A DNA stretch of 64,000 bases from Anabaena sp. 54 (lineage in GTDB: Bacteria; Cyanobacteriota; Cyanobacteriia; Cyanobacteriales; Nostocaceae): NCBI GenBank assembly GCA_900299285.1, contig OMJF01000154.1:4306-68305 (forward strand). The letters run 5' to 3'. The notes beneath the pieces were generated by a model. It was not told the origin of the DNA. It did not search any database and worked only from the letters and a program-made list of their open reading frames with translations. The translations under genes were made by a program, and so were the position numbers. Positions 9,814 to 19,667 of this stretch are shown piece after piece (the first letter of the stretch is position 1; the number at the start of each line of letters is the position of its first letter).

Positions 9814-11007
9814 TTATTCCGGTAATTTATACTGCCCCACTATCCGCTTCGCAAACTCTGGTACGTGCGCTGCTAATTTCTTTCCATGATTCCGCTTTAC
9901 ATATAGATAATTTCTCGCAAAGTGGGAATCTATGGAAAATCTCGCATATTCCAGTCCTTTGGGTCCGATTTTATCTATCACTACCCCCATTAATTTTGCA
10001 GCCCACATCGGTAAGGTAACGGCTTGATCATAAGCTGGTATACTTTGCTGTACTGCTGGTTTGCGGTTTCCTTGGGATATGACGGGTTGGGTATCCAATT
10101 GGTCTTTAACGAGTTCTAACATTTCTTTGCCTGTATCGTTTCTGACTACTATCCATTGCCATTTGTACGGTGCGCCCATATACCCGACGACTATATCGGC
10201 CAGGGAGTTGACGTAATCAAAGCAACTCATACAGGATGGGGCAAAGATGTCTTTAAGCACGTTTGTTTTTAAGCCAAAGAAGGGTACTGTCTCTTCTGAG
10301 CCGTCTTGGTGTTTGAAGTGAACTCGGAAGTCTTGCATAAATTCGTAACTGACAACTGTTTGCGGGGAACGGCTGGTGGTTTCTAGGAATTTTTGCAGTC
10401 CGGCGCGGGTAACGTTATCTACGCAGGGTGTTCCCAGTACGTAGAGTTTTTCTAGGCCGAGTTTTTTCTCGACGGCTCGTAATGCTTGAATTTGACAACC
10501 TACTCCAATCACTAATAACCGTTTCATTCCCGATTTTTCTATCTGTTCTAATACGGACAGGTTGGGGGATAGGGTAGGTTTATTGACTTTGGCGGCTAGT
10601 ATTTCTTCTGGAGTGCGGGCTATTATGGGCATGGGTTGAAAGCGATCTTCTTTGCTGTTTTGGACACAAACTACGCCTTCAACTAGTCCACGATTAAGCA
10701 TTTCTATGGCTATGCTGCTCACTATTCCTGTCCATTGCGCGCCTTCTATGGGTTGTTGTTTTCTCGCGGACATCATTTCTTGGTGTACACCAAAGTAGAG
10801 TTCGTTTTCGTCTTCTAGGTTGCGGGGACGGTTATGGGTGGTGGTTTCTAGTTCGTCTATTCTTTGGGTAATGAAGGCGCACGCTTCTTTAACGTAGTGG
10901 ATGTAGTAAGTGTCGCATAGTCCGCATTCGCTACATAGTTCTTTGGCGGGGCGCACGCTTCCGGGTTTGAGGGCTTTGGCTTTTTTGTGGGATTCTATGG
11001 ATGTCAT
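9814..11007 (-). CDS. bciB: ferredoxin-dependent 8-vinyl (divinyl chlorophyllide) reductase, FrhB/F420 hydrogenase beta family
   Basis: CSECGLCD Fe-S motif, AQWTGIVS, GVGCQ, GTPCVDN, CMSCFDY match the cyanobacterial Slr1923/BciB type. Confidence 0.85.
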   Translation of the reverse strand: MTSIESHKKAKALKPGSVRPAKELCSECGLCDTYYIHYVKEACAFITQRIDELETTTHNRPRNLEDENELYFGVHQEMMSARKQQPIEGAQWTGIVSSIAIEMLNRGLVEGVVCVQNSKEDRFQPMPIIARTPEEILAAKVNKPTLSPNLSVLEQIEKSGMKRLLVIGVGCQIQALRAVEKKLGLEKLYVLGTPCVDNVTRAGLQKFLETTSRSPQTVVSYEFMQDFRVHFKHQDGSEETVPFFGLKTNVLKDIFAPSCMSCFDYVNSLADIVVGYMGAPYKWQWIVVRNDTGKEMLELVKDQLDTQPVISQGNRKPAVQQSIPAYDQAVTLPMWAAKLMGVVIDKIGPKGLEYARFSIDSHFARNYLYVKRNHGKKLAAHVPEFAKRIVGQYKLPE

Positions 11008-11099
11008 CTATTTTGTTTATTTTTACTAAATATGGCTTTTATTACCTTACCGTTACAGGATGTGAAGTTGGCGGTTTGAGGTGAATAAGAGTTTTTTAT

Positions 11100-11259
11100 C
11101 GCGCAGAGACGCAGAGGCGCAAAGAAGAGCGCGGAAGGAGTTTTGATGGGTAGGTAAGACGTAGTTTTTATTAATAACCCTTCGGTTAATTTATAGAGGG
11201 TTTTTTATGTATTTATACCACACTTTTGATTTCTCTCTGCGACTCTGCGCCTCTGCGTG
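11100..11259. mobile_element. gene-less element bounded by the same CGCAGAG inverted repeats (MITE-like)
   Basis: Left arm CGCGCAGAGACGCAGAGGCGCAAAG from 11100; right arm CTCTCTGCGACTCTGCGCCTCTGCGTG at 11233-11259; ~105 bp non-coding interior. Confidence 0.65.
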
Positions 11260-11269
11260 AGACAAAAAA

Positions 11270-11377
11270 ATGATTACTGATGATGATTATCGTCTTGGTA
11301 TGATTTTCGATGGTCAAAGATTAATTTTTGAAAGAGTTTTACACCGTCAAGAAATTTATCGTTATTTTCCTAAATAG
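11270..11377 (+). pseudogene. 3' remnant of a RelE/ParE-family toxin gene
   Basis: Translates MITDDDYRLGMIFDGQRLIFERVLHRQEIYRYFPK*, resembling the RelE C-terminus (DYRIG...RVLHRxEIYRYFP); N-terminal two-thirds missing. Confidence 0.7.
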
Positions 11378-11457
11378 TGGTTTAAATATAAAAAGTACCG
11401 TAATTACAGAAAAATTCTTACAGCGCAAATCAACTCACAAACACATTTGATAACTTT

Positions 11458-11939
11458 ATGCGTAATATTCCAATTCAGCCTTTAGCCATGGGAATAAGTA
11501 TGATTTTACTTTCCCTATTCTCATCCTTTAGTGTCCAAGCACAAAAGGGAGGAAATAAAATTGAACTCAAAGTTTATAGTGAAAACGTGCAAAAAAAAGT
11601 TGTCCAGATAAAGTTATTGTCACGGAAATTCCCCAACCTTATCGAGAGGGAAGTTTTGCTACCGACGGTTCTGTGAATTTGAGTGAGTACGCAAATAATA
11701 TTTCTATCAGCACAAGTAATAGCTTTAGTACGACATGGGTAGGAACATTAAAACCGAAATATGCTCAATGCTTTGCTTCTGCTGGAAATAGTCGTTATCG
11801 GCTGCATTTTGTTAAGGGTAAAGTTTATTTTATGCTTGATTTAGCCGGCGGTTTTGATCCTAATAATTATCCTTTAATGGTTATCAAGCAGGGAATGAAA
11901 ATAGGTAATCCTGTGTGGACTTGGGGTGGAACTGATTAA
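11458..11939 (+). pseudogene. secreted hypothetical protein (~160 aa) split by a frameshift at an A8 tract
   Basis: Signal-peptide ORF 11458-11676 continues in the -1 frame (SCPDKVIVTEIPQPYREGSFATDGSVNLSEY...) into ORF 11673-11939; A8 run at 11591-11598. Confidence 0.75.
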
Positions 11940-12007
11940 AGAATAGTAAATCACTTCATTTAATCTGGACTGGATTTAAAATAAGGCTTACTCAAAACAG
12001 AAATAAA

Positions 12008-12035
12008 GTAGGGGTAATTCATGAATTACCCCTAC
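12008..12035. repeat. GTAG-type REP-like perfect palindrome
   Basis: GTAGGGGTAATTCATGAATTACCCCTAC (28 bp) between convergent genes. Confidence 0.85.
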
Positions 12036-12074
12036 CCAAGAATTAAATTTTTAGTCTTTTTAAATTGTCTTTAA

Positions 12075-12866
12075 TTATTTATTTTCTTGCATACTTCTGA
12101 CAATTTTTGTTACCATTTTTCTGGGTATAAAGCGAATACATTTTGCCATTAGTTTATTAACAAAACCAGGAATAATAATTGTTTTTCCCTGCATGAAACC
12201 ATCATAACCGATTTGGGCTACAGTTTCCGCATCCATCATTTTTTTGCGTTTTAATAGTTTAGAATCTGCCATTCCTGTTCTTTCATGAAATGCTGATGCT
12301 GTTGAACCTGGACAAAGAACAGTTACAGTTATACCTGTACCTTCTAATTCATTAGCAATAGCTTCTGAAAAAGATAAAATATAAGCCTTAGTAGCAAAAT
12401 AAACCGCCATTAATGGACCTGGTTGAAATGCAGCTGCAGAAGCAACATTAAGAATTTTACCATGACGTTGTTTAACCATTTCTCTAAGAAATAATTTGGT
12501 TAAATGGGTAAGACAAACCAAATTTACCTGCAACATTTCTAGTTCAGTATTGAGGTCGGTTTCATAAAATAATCCATGATTACCAAAACCTGCATTATTG
12601 ACTAATATATCAACTTTAATACCTACTTGTTGCAATTCTGTAAAAATTTCTTCGGGAGATGTGGATATAGATAGATCTTTAGTAATGGGTTGAACAAATA
12701 TTCCAAACTCTTCTGCAAGTTCAACAGCTATGATTTGCAGTTTTTCTCCTAACCTATCTACTAATACAAGATTGTAATTTTCATGAGCAAAAATCCGTGC
12801 AAACTGATAGCCAATACCACTAGCTGAACCAGTAATTAAAACAGTTTCCCGACATTTTATGTTCAT
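12075..12866 (-). CDS. short-chain dehydrogenase/reductase at the hetN position of the hgl cluster
   Basis: TGSASGIG, NNAG, YFATK motifs; directly downstream of hglB; lacks RGSGR, so not called hetN. Confidence 0.88.
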   Translation of the reverse strand: MNIKCRETVLITGSASGIGYQFARIFAHENYNLVLVDRLGEKLQIIAVELAEEFGIFVQPITKDLSISTSPEEIFTELQQVGIKVDILVNNAGFGNHGLFYETDLNTELEMLQVNLVCLTHLTKLFLREMVKQRHGKILNVASAAAFQPGPLMAVYFATKAYILSFSEAIANELEGTGITVTVLCPGSTASAFHERTGMADSKLLKRKKMMDAETVAQIGYDGFMQGKTIIIPGFVNKLMAKCIRFIPRKMVTKIVRSMQENK

Positions 12867-12924
12867 TTTTAAAAACGTAAATTGGCATTAATAAAATAGG
12901 CACAGTTTATCTGTGCCAAGAGCA

Positions 12925-14439
12925 TTAGACAAGAGTTAAAAAACCAGTTTGCACTAAATAGGATGTGTAAGTCATCAACAATTGAGAATCAATAGGAGGA
13001 CAAACAATTAAACTACCCTTTAATGCTTCTAGAGTTTTTTCACAACTAATAATTGGTCTTCTAGCTTGTAAATACAAATCGGGAATAGTGATTTGTTCAT
13101 CTGACCAGCGTTCTAACAAAAATGGACGCAAAGTATATAAAGGATTGTCTGGAGATGTGACATTATTAATTAATTCTGCTTGCCATTCTTGGTATGGAAT
13201 CATCTTTAATGAAAACCCAAAAGAACGCACCCAATCAACTAAAGATATTAAAGAAGCGGGTTGAGGATGTTGTAAATGGAAAGCTTTACCTACAGATGTT
13301 TTTTGTCGAGAAAGATAAACAACAGATTTGCTAACATAATCAACAGGAGACATATCTAACATATAATCTACATCGGGAAAAGAACCCATTTGTAGACAAC
13401 CTTTAATCATTAAATTGATGAAATCATGGGTATTACAAATTCCGGTTTTGCTATCTCCAGAAATTAAAGGTGGTCTGTAAATAGTAATAGGTAATCCTCG
13501 ACTACCAGCGATTTTTACTAACTTTTCTGCCACCCATTTAGTTTGAGAATAACCGAGAAAAATACCTTCCCAGTCATGAAAATCATCATCTTCTTTAACC
13601 AGTTTACCGGCATAAGCACTAGACTCAAAAACAGCAACACTAGAAACATAATGAAATGGCTTAACTTTGGTTTGACAAGCTAAACGTAAAACTTCCTGTG
13701 TACCCAAAACATTCGCTGTTTTTAGTGCTGAGTAAGGATAAACATAATTCAGTAAAGCTGCACTATGATAAATAGCATCAATATTAGCAGCTAGATTTTG
13801 AAATTGTTCTGCATTAATACCCAAATGTGGTTGTGATAAATCACCAATAATGGGGATAATACGGTGACTATATTTATCTTGCCAAATTCCATATTGTTGC
13901 AAATTATTTTCTAATTTGCTTTTCCCTTCTTCCACATTACTAGCACGCACTAAACAATAAAGAATTGCTTCACTAACTTCTAGTAATTCCTTGATAATGA
14001 AAGCACCTAAATAACCTGTTCCTCCCGTTAAAAAGATATTTTTGGGGTGAGAAATAAAAACGGTATTACCTACTGGTTGAATGGTGGGGTCTAGAACAGC
14101 TTCCGCAGCTAAATCTAGGAAAGGAGGAGCAAAATTAACAGAAAAATTTGCACCTAAATTGACATCTTTTACCTGGCAATTATCACTTGATTCCTCTGAT
14201 AAACGCTGGGAAAGAGCAGCAATATTAGGATAATGCCAAAGTAAAATAGGAGAGGGTTTAAAACCTAGTAATTCTTCTAATTTACTAATAATAATCATGG
14301 CTTGAGCAGAATCTAAACCATAATTTTCTAAGTTTTCGTGAACATCAATTTCTGCGGTTTCAACTCCAAGCACTTCCGCAAGATGAGAAACCAAAAATGC
14401 TTGAATACTTTCAGCAGTATAAGACTGTTTAAAATTCAT
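12925..14439 (-). CDS. hglB: heterocyst glycolipid synthase HglB/HetM (ACP + thioester reductase)
   Basis: [11 protein letters not shown]; reductase [24 protein letters not shown]. Confidence 0.9.
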   Translation of the reverse strand: MNFKQSYTAESIQAFLVSHLAEVLGVETAEIDVHENLENYGLDSAQAMIIISKLEELLGFKPSPILLWHYPNIAALSQRLSEESSDNCQVKDVNLGANFSVNFAPPFLDLAAEAVLDPTIQPVGNTVFISHPKNIFLTGGTGYLGAFIIKELLEVSEAILYCLVRASNVEEGKSKLENNLQQYGIWQDKYSHRIIPIIGDLSQPHLGINAEQFQNLAANIDAIYHSAALLNYVYPYSALKTANVLGTQEVLRLACQTKVKPFHYVSSVAVFESSAYAGKLVKEDDDFHDWEGIFLGYSQTKWVAEKLVKIAGSRGLPITIYRPPLISGDSKTGICNTHDFINLMIKGCLQMGSFPDVDYMLDMSPVDYVSKSVVYLSRQKTSVGKAFHLQHPQPASLISLVDWVRSFGFSLKMIPYQEWQAELINNVTSPDNPLYTLRPFLLERWSDEQITIPDLYLQARRPIISCEKTLEALKGSLIVCPPIDSQLLMTYTSYLVQTGFLTLV

Positions 14440-14441
14440 TT

Positions 14442-16112
14442 TTACTTCTCCAATGTAGAGGAAACTGGTTGATATTGACTGTAATAAGAAGGCATTTGCA
14501 AACCCTGAATTTTCAAACTATGGGTACGATATAAAAATGCAGTTCCCTTCATAATTTGGTTAGCAACATCAACAACATGACGTTGATTAGGTTCTGATAA
14601 ATATGAACCACGCACCCAGTCATTAAAGCCACCCATAGCAGGTCCACACCAAATTTGATAATCAACTTCTCGACCTTTTTCACCAGTGCTAGACCAGCGG
14701 GAAGATAACCCTAAATACCATCTAAAAATTAAGGCCATTTTCAGCTTAGGATTATTAACAGCTTTACCCAATTTTTCAGGATTCTTTTGCGATAAATAAG
14801 CGGCTGTACCTTCCCAAACTTCGGCAATACTTTTACGAAAAATTTGTTTTTCTAACTTTTCTTTTTCCGCTTTGGGAATATGTTCAATAGAGTCGTAAGT
14901 GCGATATAATTCATACAGTTTTTGCGCTCGCATGGGGAACATTGTCCCCCGTTTGAGAACTTGTAATTTCACTCCCATTTCAAACATATCGGCTGCGGGA
15001 GCCATAATCATATCTGCCATTTCTGCTTGTGCTAATAACTTTTTAGTATGTTCACAAGCACCAGATTCAACACAAGATTGATTAATTGAACCAGTCACTA
15101 TATAAGCCGCACCCATTATGAAACCAGCTAAAGCTGATTCTGGTGTACCAATGCCTCCAGCGACTCCAATTCTAATAGGAACTGAGTAATTATATTGCGC
15201 TTGAATTTCATCTCTGAGGGCAATAATTGAAGGTAATAAACATACTAAAGGACGATTATCAGTGTGACCTCCAGAATCAGCTTCAACGGTAATATCATCA
15301 GCCATTGGTACTTGGCTGGCTAAATTTGCCTGTAGTTCGGTAATTAATCCTTGCTGAAGTAATTCTTTGATAATTCTCGCGGGTGCTGGTTGCAAAAACT
15401 TAGTTGCAACTTCTCGACGGGAAATTTTAGCAATGACCTTATTTCTAATATCAATTTGATTGGCAGCATTCAATCTTAACCCAGCAATTCGATAATAAAC
15501 AATATTAGGAGTTAAGTCTAAAAATGCAGATGCTTCTACTGTTCTGACACTATATTTTAGATATAAATCTACAGCGCGACGTTCAATGATTGGTTCATTG
15601 GGACTGTGAATTAAATTGAAAGCATAGGGTCCATTTGGTAAGGCTTGTTGAATAGAATTAATGGCAGATTCTAAACGTTCTGGAACTAAGCCACCAGCAC
15701 CAAAAGAGCTTAAAATCTTCTCTTTTCCTAATGCAATTACCATTTTTTCAGAAGCAATACCACCAGCCATTGCTCCTGTCATATAGGCGTATTTTACACC
15801 ATAAGCAGCAAGAAAACTGGAATCACCAAGTTGTTGTAAACGTAGAGGTGGTAGTGAGATTAAAAGTTCTGGTTGTCCAGATGAACTATTATCATTAGGT
15901 GTTAAATAACCATCATTGGTAACACCAATTCTCCCTGCTATTTTGATAATATGACAAGGTTGATCTAATGTTAATAGTTTATCTTTGATGGCATTTTTTT
16001 CAAAGCTAACACAATCTAATGAACCTTTCCAAATTTGGTTTTGATGATGATTCCAGCCAAAAAAACCAAGTCCATTATCATGTTGATTTCGTACCGTCTC
16101 TATTGTTTTCAC
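14442..16112 (-). CDS. hglA: PfaD-family enoyl reductase HglA
   Basis: [44 protein letters not shown]. Confidence 0.92.
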   Translation of the reverse strand: MKTIETVRNQHDNGLGFFGWNHHQNQIWKGSLDCVSFEKNAIKDKLLTLDQPCHIIKIAGRIGVTNDGYLTPNDNSSSGQPELLISLPPLRLQQLGDSSFLAAYGVKYAYMTGAMAGGIASEKMVIALGKEKILSSFGAGGLVPERLESAINSIQQALPNGPYAFNLIHSPNEPIIERRAVDLYLKYSVRTVEASAFLDLTPNIVYYRIAGLRLNAANQIDIRNKVIAKISRREVATKFLQPAPARIIKELLQQGLITELQANLASQVPMADDITVEADSGGHTDNRPLVCLLPSIIALRDEIQAQYNYSVPIRIGVAGGIGTPESALAGFIMGAAYIVTGSINQSCVESGACEHTKKLLAQAEMADMIMAPAADMFEMGVKLQVLKRGTMFPMRAQKLYELYRTYDSIEHIPKAEKEKLEKQIFRKSIAEVWEGTAAYLSQKNPEKLGKAVNNPKLKMALIFRWYLGLSSRWSSTGEKGREVDYQIWCGPAMGGFNDWVRGSYLSEPNQRHVVDVANQIMKGTAFLYRTHSLKIQGLQMPSYYSQYQPVSSTLEK

Positions 16113-16164
16113 GGTAGTTATTCCTCAATTTATAAGCAAAGGATTTGAAATGAAGAATTTAGTT

Positions 16165-16190
16165 CACGCAGAGACGCAGAGGCACAGAGA
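16165..16190 (+). repeat. CGCAGAG-family repeat arm
   Basis: CACGCAGAGACGCAGAGGCACAGAGA, near-identical to 9374-9400. Confidence 0.8.
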
Positions 16191-16238
16191 AAGAGGTTGA
16201 TCTTTTTACGTCTAGGTGTAATTTTCAGCCTATTTCTG

Positions 16239-16339
16239 AATACAGTTCAGTTAAGCATTTTTTTATTCCCTCTGTGTCCTCTGTGGTATGGCTAACGCCA
16301 CGCTGCGCGAACGTCAAAAAAAGAGCTTTACACTTAACA
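16239..16339. mobile_element. AATAC(A/G)GTTCAGTTAAG-family MITE-like element carrying a 26-nt SDR-like insert
   Basis: Aligns with the reverse complement of 34048-34134 except for an extra segment at 16287-16312; right terminus degenerate. Confidence 0.6.
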
Positions 16340-16348
16340 CTAAGTGGA

Positions 16349-19300
16349 TTATTTCTCTTCGTTGAGTAGGTTTTGAGCGCAAGCTAATTGTAATTGGATA
16401 ATTTCGCTCATTTGTTGACTAAAATCCTGTCTTGCTGCTAAGAAATTTGTGTGCGTTTTAGTTAATTTGGCGGTGTTGTTACTGAGTTTTTTGTACTGAG
16501 AAATCTTTAAATCATTCATGCTAATTTTTTCAGTAGGTTCTTGGTTTATGTTTGGCTTTAAGATTTTTGTTGACTCAAAGAATTTTAGTTTCTTTGACAA
16601 TTCTAAACCGTTCTCCATGATAGTTTTCATGGATTTTTTTTCTGGTTTAGATTTAGGTTGGGGATAAATATCTGTGGGTGCTATTTTCTCTACTGTTTGT
16701 AAGGAATTGATGATTTTATCCTCATCGAGAGGATAAATTATTTGCTTTTGGTTATTAACAAAAATTTGGCAATTTTCTGCATTTAAAATTGCAGAAGTCA
16801 TGGAATTACCACCTAATGTAACTTTCCTGTGCGTTAATTTATTCTGTTTGTTATTGTCTGAGGATAAGTTATATAAAGGAGCTAAGTTCAATTTAACTTG
16901 ATGACTCAATAGTTTTGCTAATGCTTTAATTAGGGAACTATGATCATCTGTACCACGTCGGTTCAGGGATACGGTAATATGTTCTTGATTACCAAGATTT
17001 TTACTTATCCAACGCGAACAAATACCACCAGCACCAGCTTCAATAAAGATTTTTGCTCCGTCTGCATAAACACGATTAACTAAGCGAGGAAAGTCGAGTT
17101 GTTGACATAAACCTGTAGCAATATGATCAGCAATTGATTCACTTTCTAGGGAAATGGGTTGATATTGAGCAGCAGAATAAAATGTAACTCCGGGAATTTG
17201 TTGTGCTGGTAAGTTATTGAGTTTAAATAATTCTGGGTATTCTGACTGCATTGCTTGACAATGAATTACATGATCAAATGGTGCAGGAAAGGCATTACAA
17301 CCCAGTTTTTTAATTACTCGTTCACAAGCTGCTGGTTCACCGGCAATTAATACTTCTTCTGATGTATTAATTTGGGTTAAATAAACGCGATTTTCGCTTT
17401 TTAAACATTCTCTTACCTGTGCAGGACTTGCTATCAGCACATAGTTACTCCACAAATTATTATAGGAATTTGTAGAATTTTTTGGTAGTCCCCAATACTC
17501 ACAGACAGCGTTTTTTTGACCTGATAATCTATCACCAAATAAGTTAGAAGAATTAAAAGTATTACTTCCTTGATAGAAGTTACTCCACACTCCTTGAGCA
17601 ACCATCATACTGGTTTCTCCCAAACTATAACCAAAGATATATTTGGGTTTAATTTGAAAGTCGTCGCTGATAATTGTGGTCATAAGTCTGGTAAATAGCA
17701 TTTCTGCTTCAAACATAGCTAAAGAATCAGCTAACAATTGTTTTTCTAATGTTTCTAATTCTCTGGTAGATAATTTACCTAAACTTCTGGGAAATACTAA
17801 TTTTTCTACATCAGCAGCGCGTTTGTAAAGACTTTTGACAATTACATCATCAAAAGCTTTAGGAAATAGTCGGAATAATGTCCGACCAATACCTAAATAA
17901 GAGTTAACTGCTGCGGGGTAAATAAAGGCAATTTCTTGATGTTTTCCTAATGGTTTGGGTGTAAAATAACTACCTATGGGAGTTTGCCAATCTTTACCAT
18001 TTTCAAAGGCATTAGTTACACCTTTTTTTGCAGAATTAATTTCTTTAATTAATTCTTTTTGGTTATGTCCAGTAATTGATAATGTGTATTTAGGATCAGA
18101 ATTTTGCTGAAATTTAAGAAAGTTCTGAGTAGCTGTATTTTTGAGATCATCTGTATTTTCAATTGTTGTCTGTAGATGATCTAATGCTGCTAATAAACTA
18201 GATTGATCATTAGCAACTAGGGGGAAAATATGAAAAGATTTGGACTCTAAATAACGACTTTGGGGTTCTGGTTGATTGGTTTCTTCTGATAAGATGATAT
18301 GAGCAAAAGAACCATCACAACCAATACTATTAATGGCGGAAATTCTGCATTTGACTTCTTTTTGTAAAAACCAGGGTCGGGACTCGGTAGCAACATAGAA
18401 AGGACTACCTTCCCATACTTGCGGTGTTTTCACTCCAGACCAGTTGGGTGTTGCAGGTATATATTTATAATACAAACTCAGTGCAGTTTTAATTAAACTA
18501 GCAATTCCTGAAGCCACGAAGGTATGACCAATATTAGATTTAACGCTACCTATAGCGCAGTGTAAACCATCTCCTACGGAGGGATAAGCTTGGAGAATAC
18601 CATTAATTTCGGCTTCGTCTTCTGCGGGAATACCACTAGCGCAGACTTCTAAATAGTTCACTTCTTGAGGTTGGATACCTGCTTGTTGAAATGCTTGTTT
18701 GCAGACTTGAGTAATGGTGGTATCATTTACAGCCATAGAGGCAGATTGACCAATACTAACAGCATCAATTACTGCATAGATGCGTTCTTGGTTTTGCAAT
18801 GCGACATCATGACGTTTAAGAACTACCGCACCCGCACCTTCTCCTACATTCCAACCGTCGGCTTTTTCGTCAAAACTTAAAGTATTTACTCCTATATTAA
18901 TTTTGCCAAATTGACTTCGCAATAAGACGTTTTCTACCCCACCTGCTAAGTCAACAGCACCCACAATTACAGCATCTACTTCATTAGTATCTAACAGCAT
19001 TTGTGCTAATTCTAAAGCTTTAAAAGCGGCTGTTTCTACGGCACTAATTGTAAAAGATGGACCAGAAAAATTCCATAAAGAGGAAATGCGACTAGCCATA
19101 ATATTGGTAACGTAACTGAGATATTCACTAAGTTCAACTTGATTGTGAATACTATCTTGAACAATACTTTCTAATTGATGAATTTTTTCTGGTGATAAGG
19201 CGATTTCGGCACTATTTAAACCATCTTTAATTTGCCAGGATGAATTCCATCTTTGCTGTAATTGGTGCACAGATAATTCTGTATCTGCTGCAATAATTAC

Positions 19301-19663
19301 GGCTACATTACTATTAGTTGAAATTTTCGCATCTTTGAGAGCGCGGTCAGCAACTCTTAATAATAAAAGTTGTTGAGGGTTGATATTTTCAACTTCATTG
19401 GGAGGAATTTTGTAAGCGAAAGTATCAACTTCAAAATTATCAATATAAGCTCCTTGTGGTACTTTTCCAGCTTCTAAACCATACGCTTGTAGTAAAGTTT
19501 CTTGTTGATTAATACCATGCCATCTTGATTCTGGTAGGGGAATAAAATGCTGTTTTCCGTCATAAATACTGCTCTCGAAGGCATCTAATTCTTGACATTC
19601 ACCAAAAAAGGCATCCATACCAACAATTGCCATTTTTAAGGTCTTCTGTTGCTGAATATTCAT
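16349..19663 (-). CDS. hglC: HglC (chain-length-factor KS + acyltransferase)
   Basis: KS-like domain lacking catalytic Cys (SAVETAAFKAL); AT GYSLG; PfaB/C-like organisation. Confidence 0.9.
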   Translation of the reverse strand: MNIQQQKTLKMAIVGMDAFFGECQELDAFESSIYDGKQHFIPLPESRWHGINQQETLLQAYGLEAGKVPQGAYIDNFEVDTFAYKIPPNEVENINPQQLLLLRVADRALKDAKISTNSNVAVIIAADTELSVHQLQQRWNSSWQIKDGLNSAEIALSPEKIHQLESIVQDSIHNQVELSEYLSYVTNIMASRISSLWNFSGPSFTISAVETAAFKALELAQMLLDTNEVDAVIVGAVDLAGGVENVLLRSQFGKINIGVNTLSFDEKADGWNVGEGAGAVVLKRHDVALQNQERIYAVIDAVSIGQSASMAVNDTTITQVCKQAFQQAGIQPQEVNYLEVCASGIPAEDEAEINGILQAYPSVGDGLHCAIGSVKSNIGHTFVASGIASLIKTALSLYYKYIPATPNWSGVKTPQVWEGSPFYVATESRPWFLQKEVKCRISAINSIGCDGSFAHIILSEETNQPEPQSRYLESKSFHIFPLVANDQSSLLAALDHLQTTIENTDDLKNTATQNFLKFQQNSDPKYTLSITGHNQKELIKEINSAKKGVTNAFENGKDWQTPIGSYFTPKPLGKHQEIAFIYPAAVNSYLGIGRTLFRLFPKAFDDVIVKSLYKRAADVEKLVFPRSLGKLSTRELETLEKQLLADSLAMFEAEMLFTRLMTTIISDDFQIKPKYIFGYSLGETSMMVAQGVWSNFYQGSNTFNSSNLFGDRLSGQKNAVCEYWGLPKNSTNSYNNLWSNYVLIASPAQVRECLKSENRVYLTQINTSEEVLIAGEPAACERVIKKLGCNAFPAPFDHVIHCQAMQSEYPELFKLNNLPAQQIPGVTFYSAAQYQPISLESESIADHIATGLCQQLDFPRLVNRVYADGAKIFIEAGAGGICSRWISKNLGNQEHITVSLNRRGTDDHSSLIKALAKLLSHQVKLNLAPLYNLSSDNNKQNKLTHRKVTLGGNSMTSAILNAENCQIFVNNQKQIIYPLDEDKIINSLQTVEKIAPTDIYPQPKSKPEKKSMKTIMENGLELSKKLKFFESTKILKPNINQEPTEKISMNDLKISQYKKLSNNTAKLTKTHTNFLAARQDFSQQMSEIIQLQLACAQNLLNEEK

Positions 19664-19667
19664 CTGT

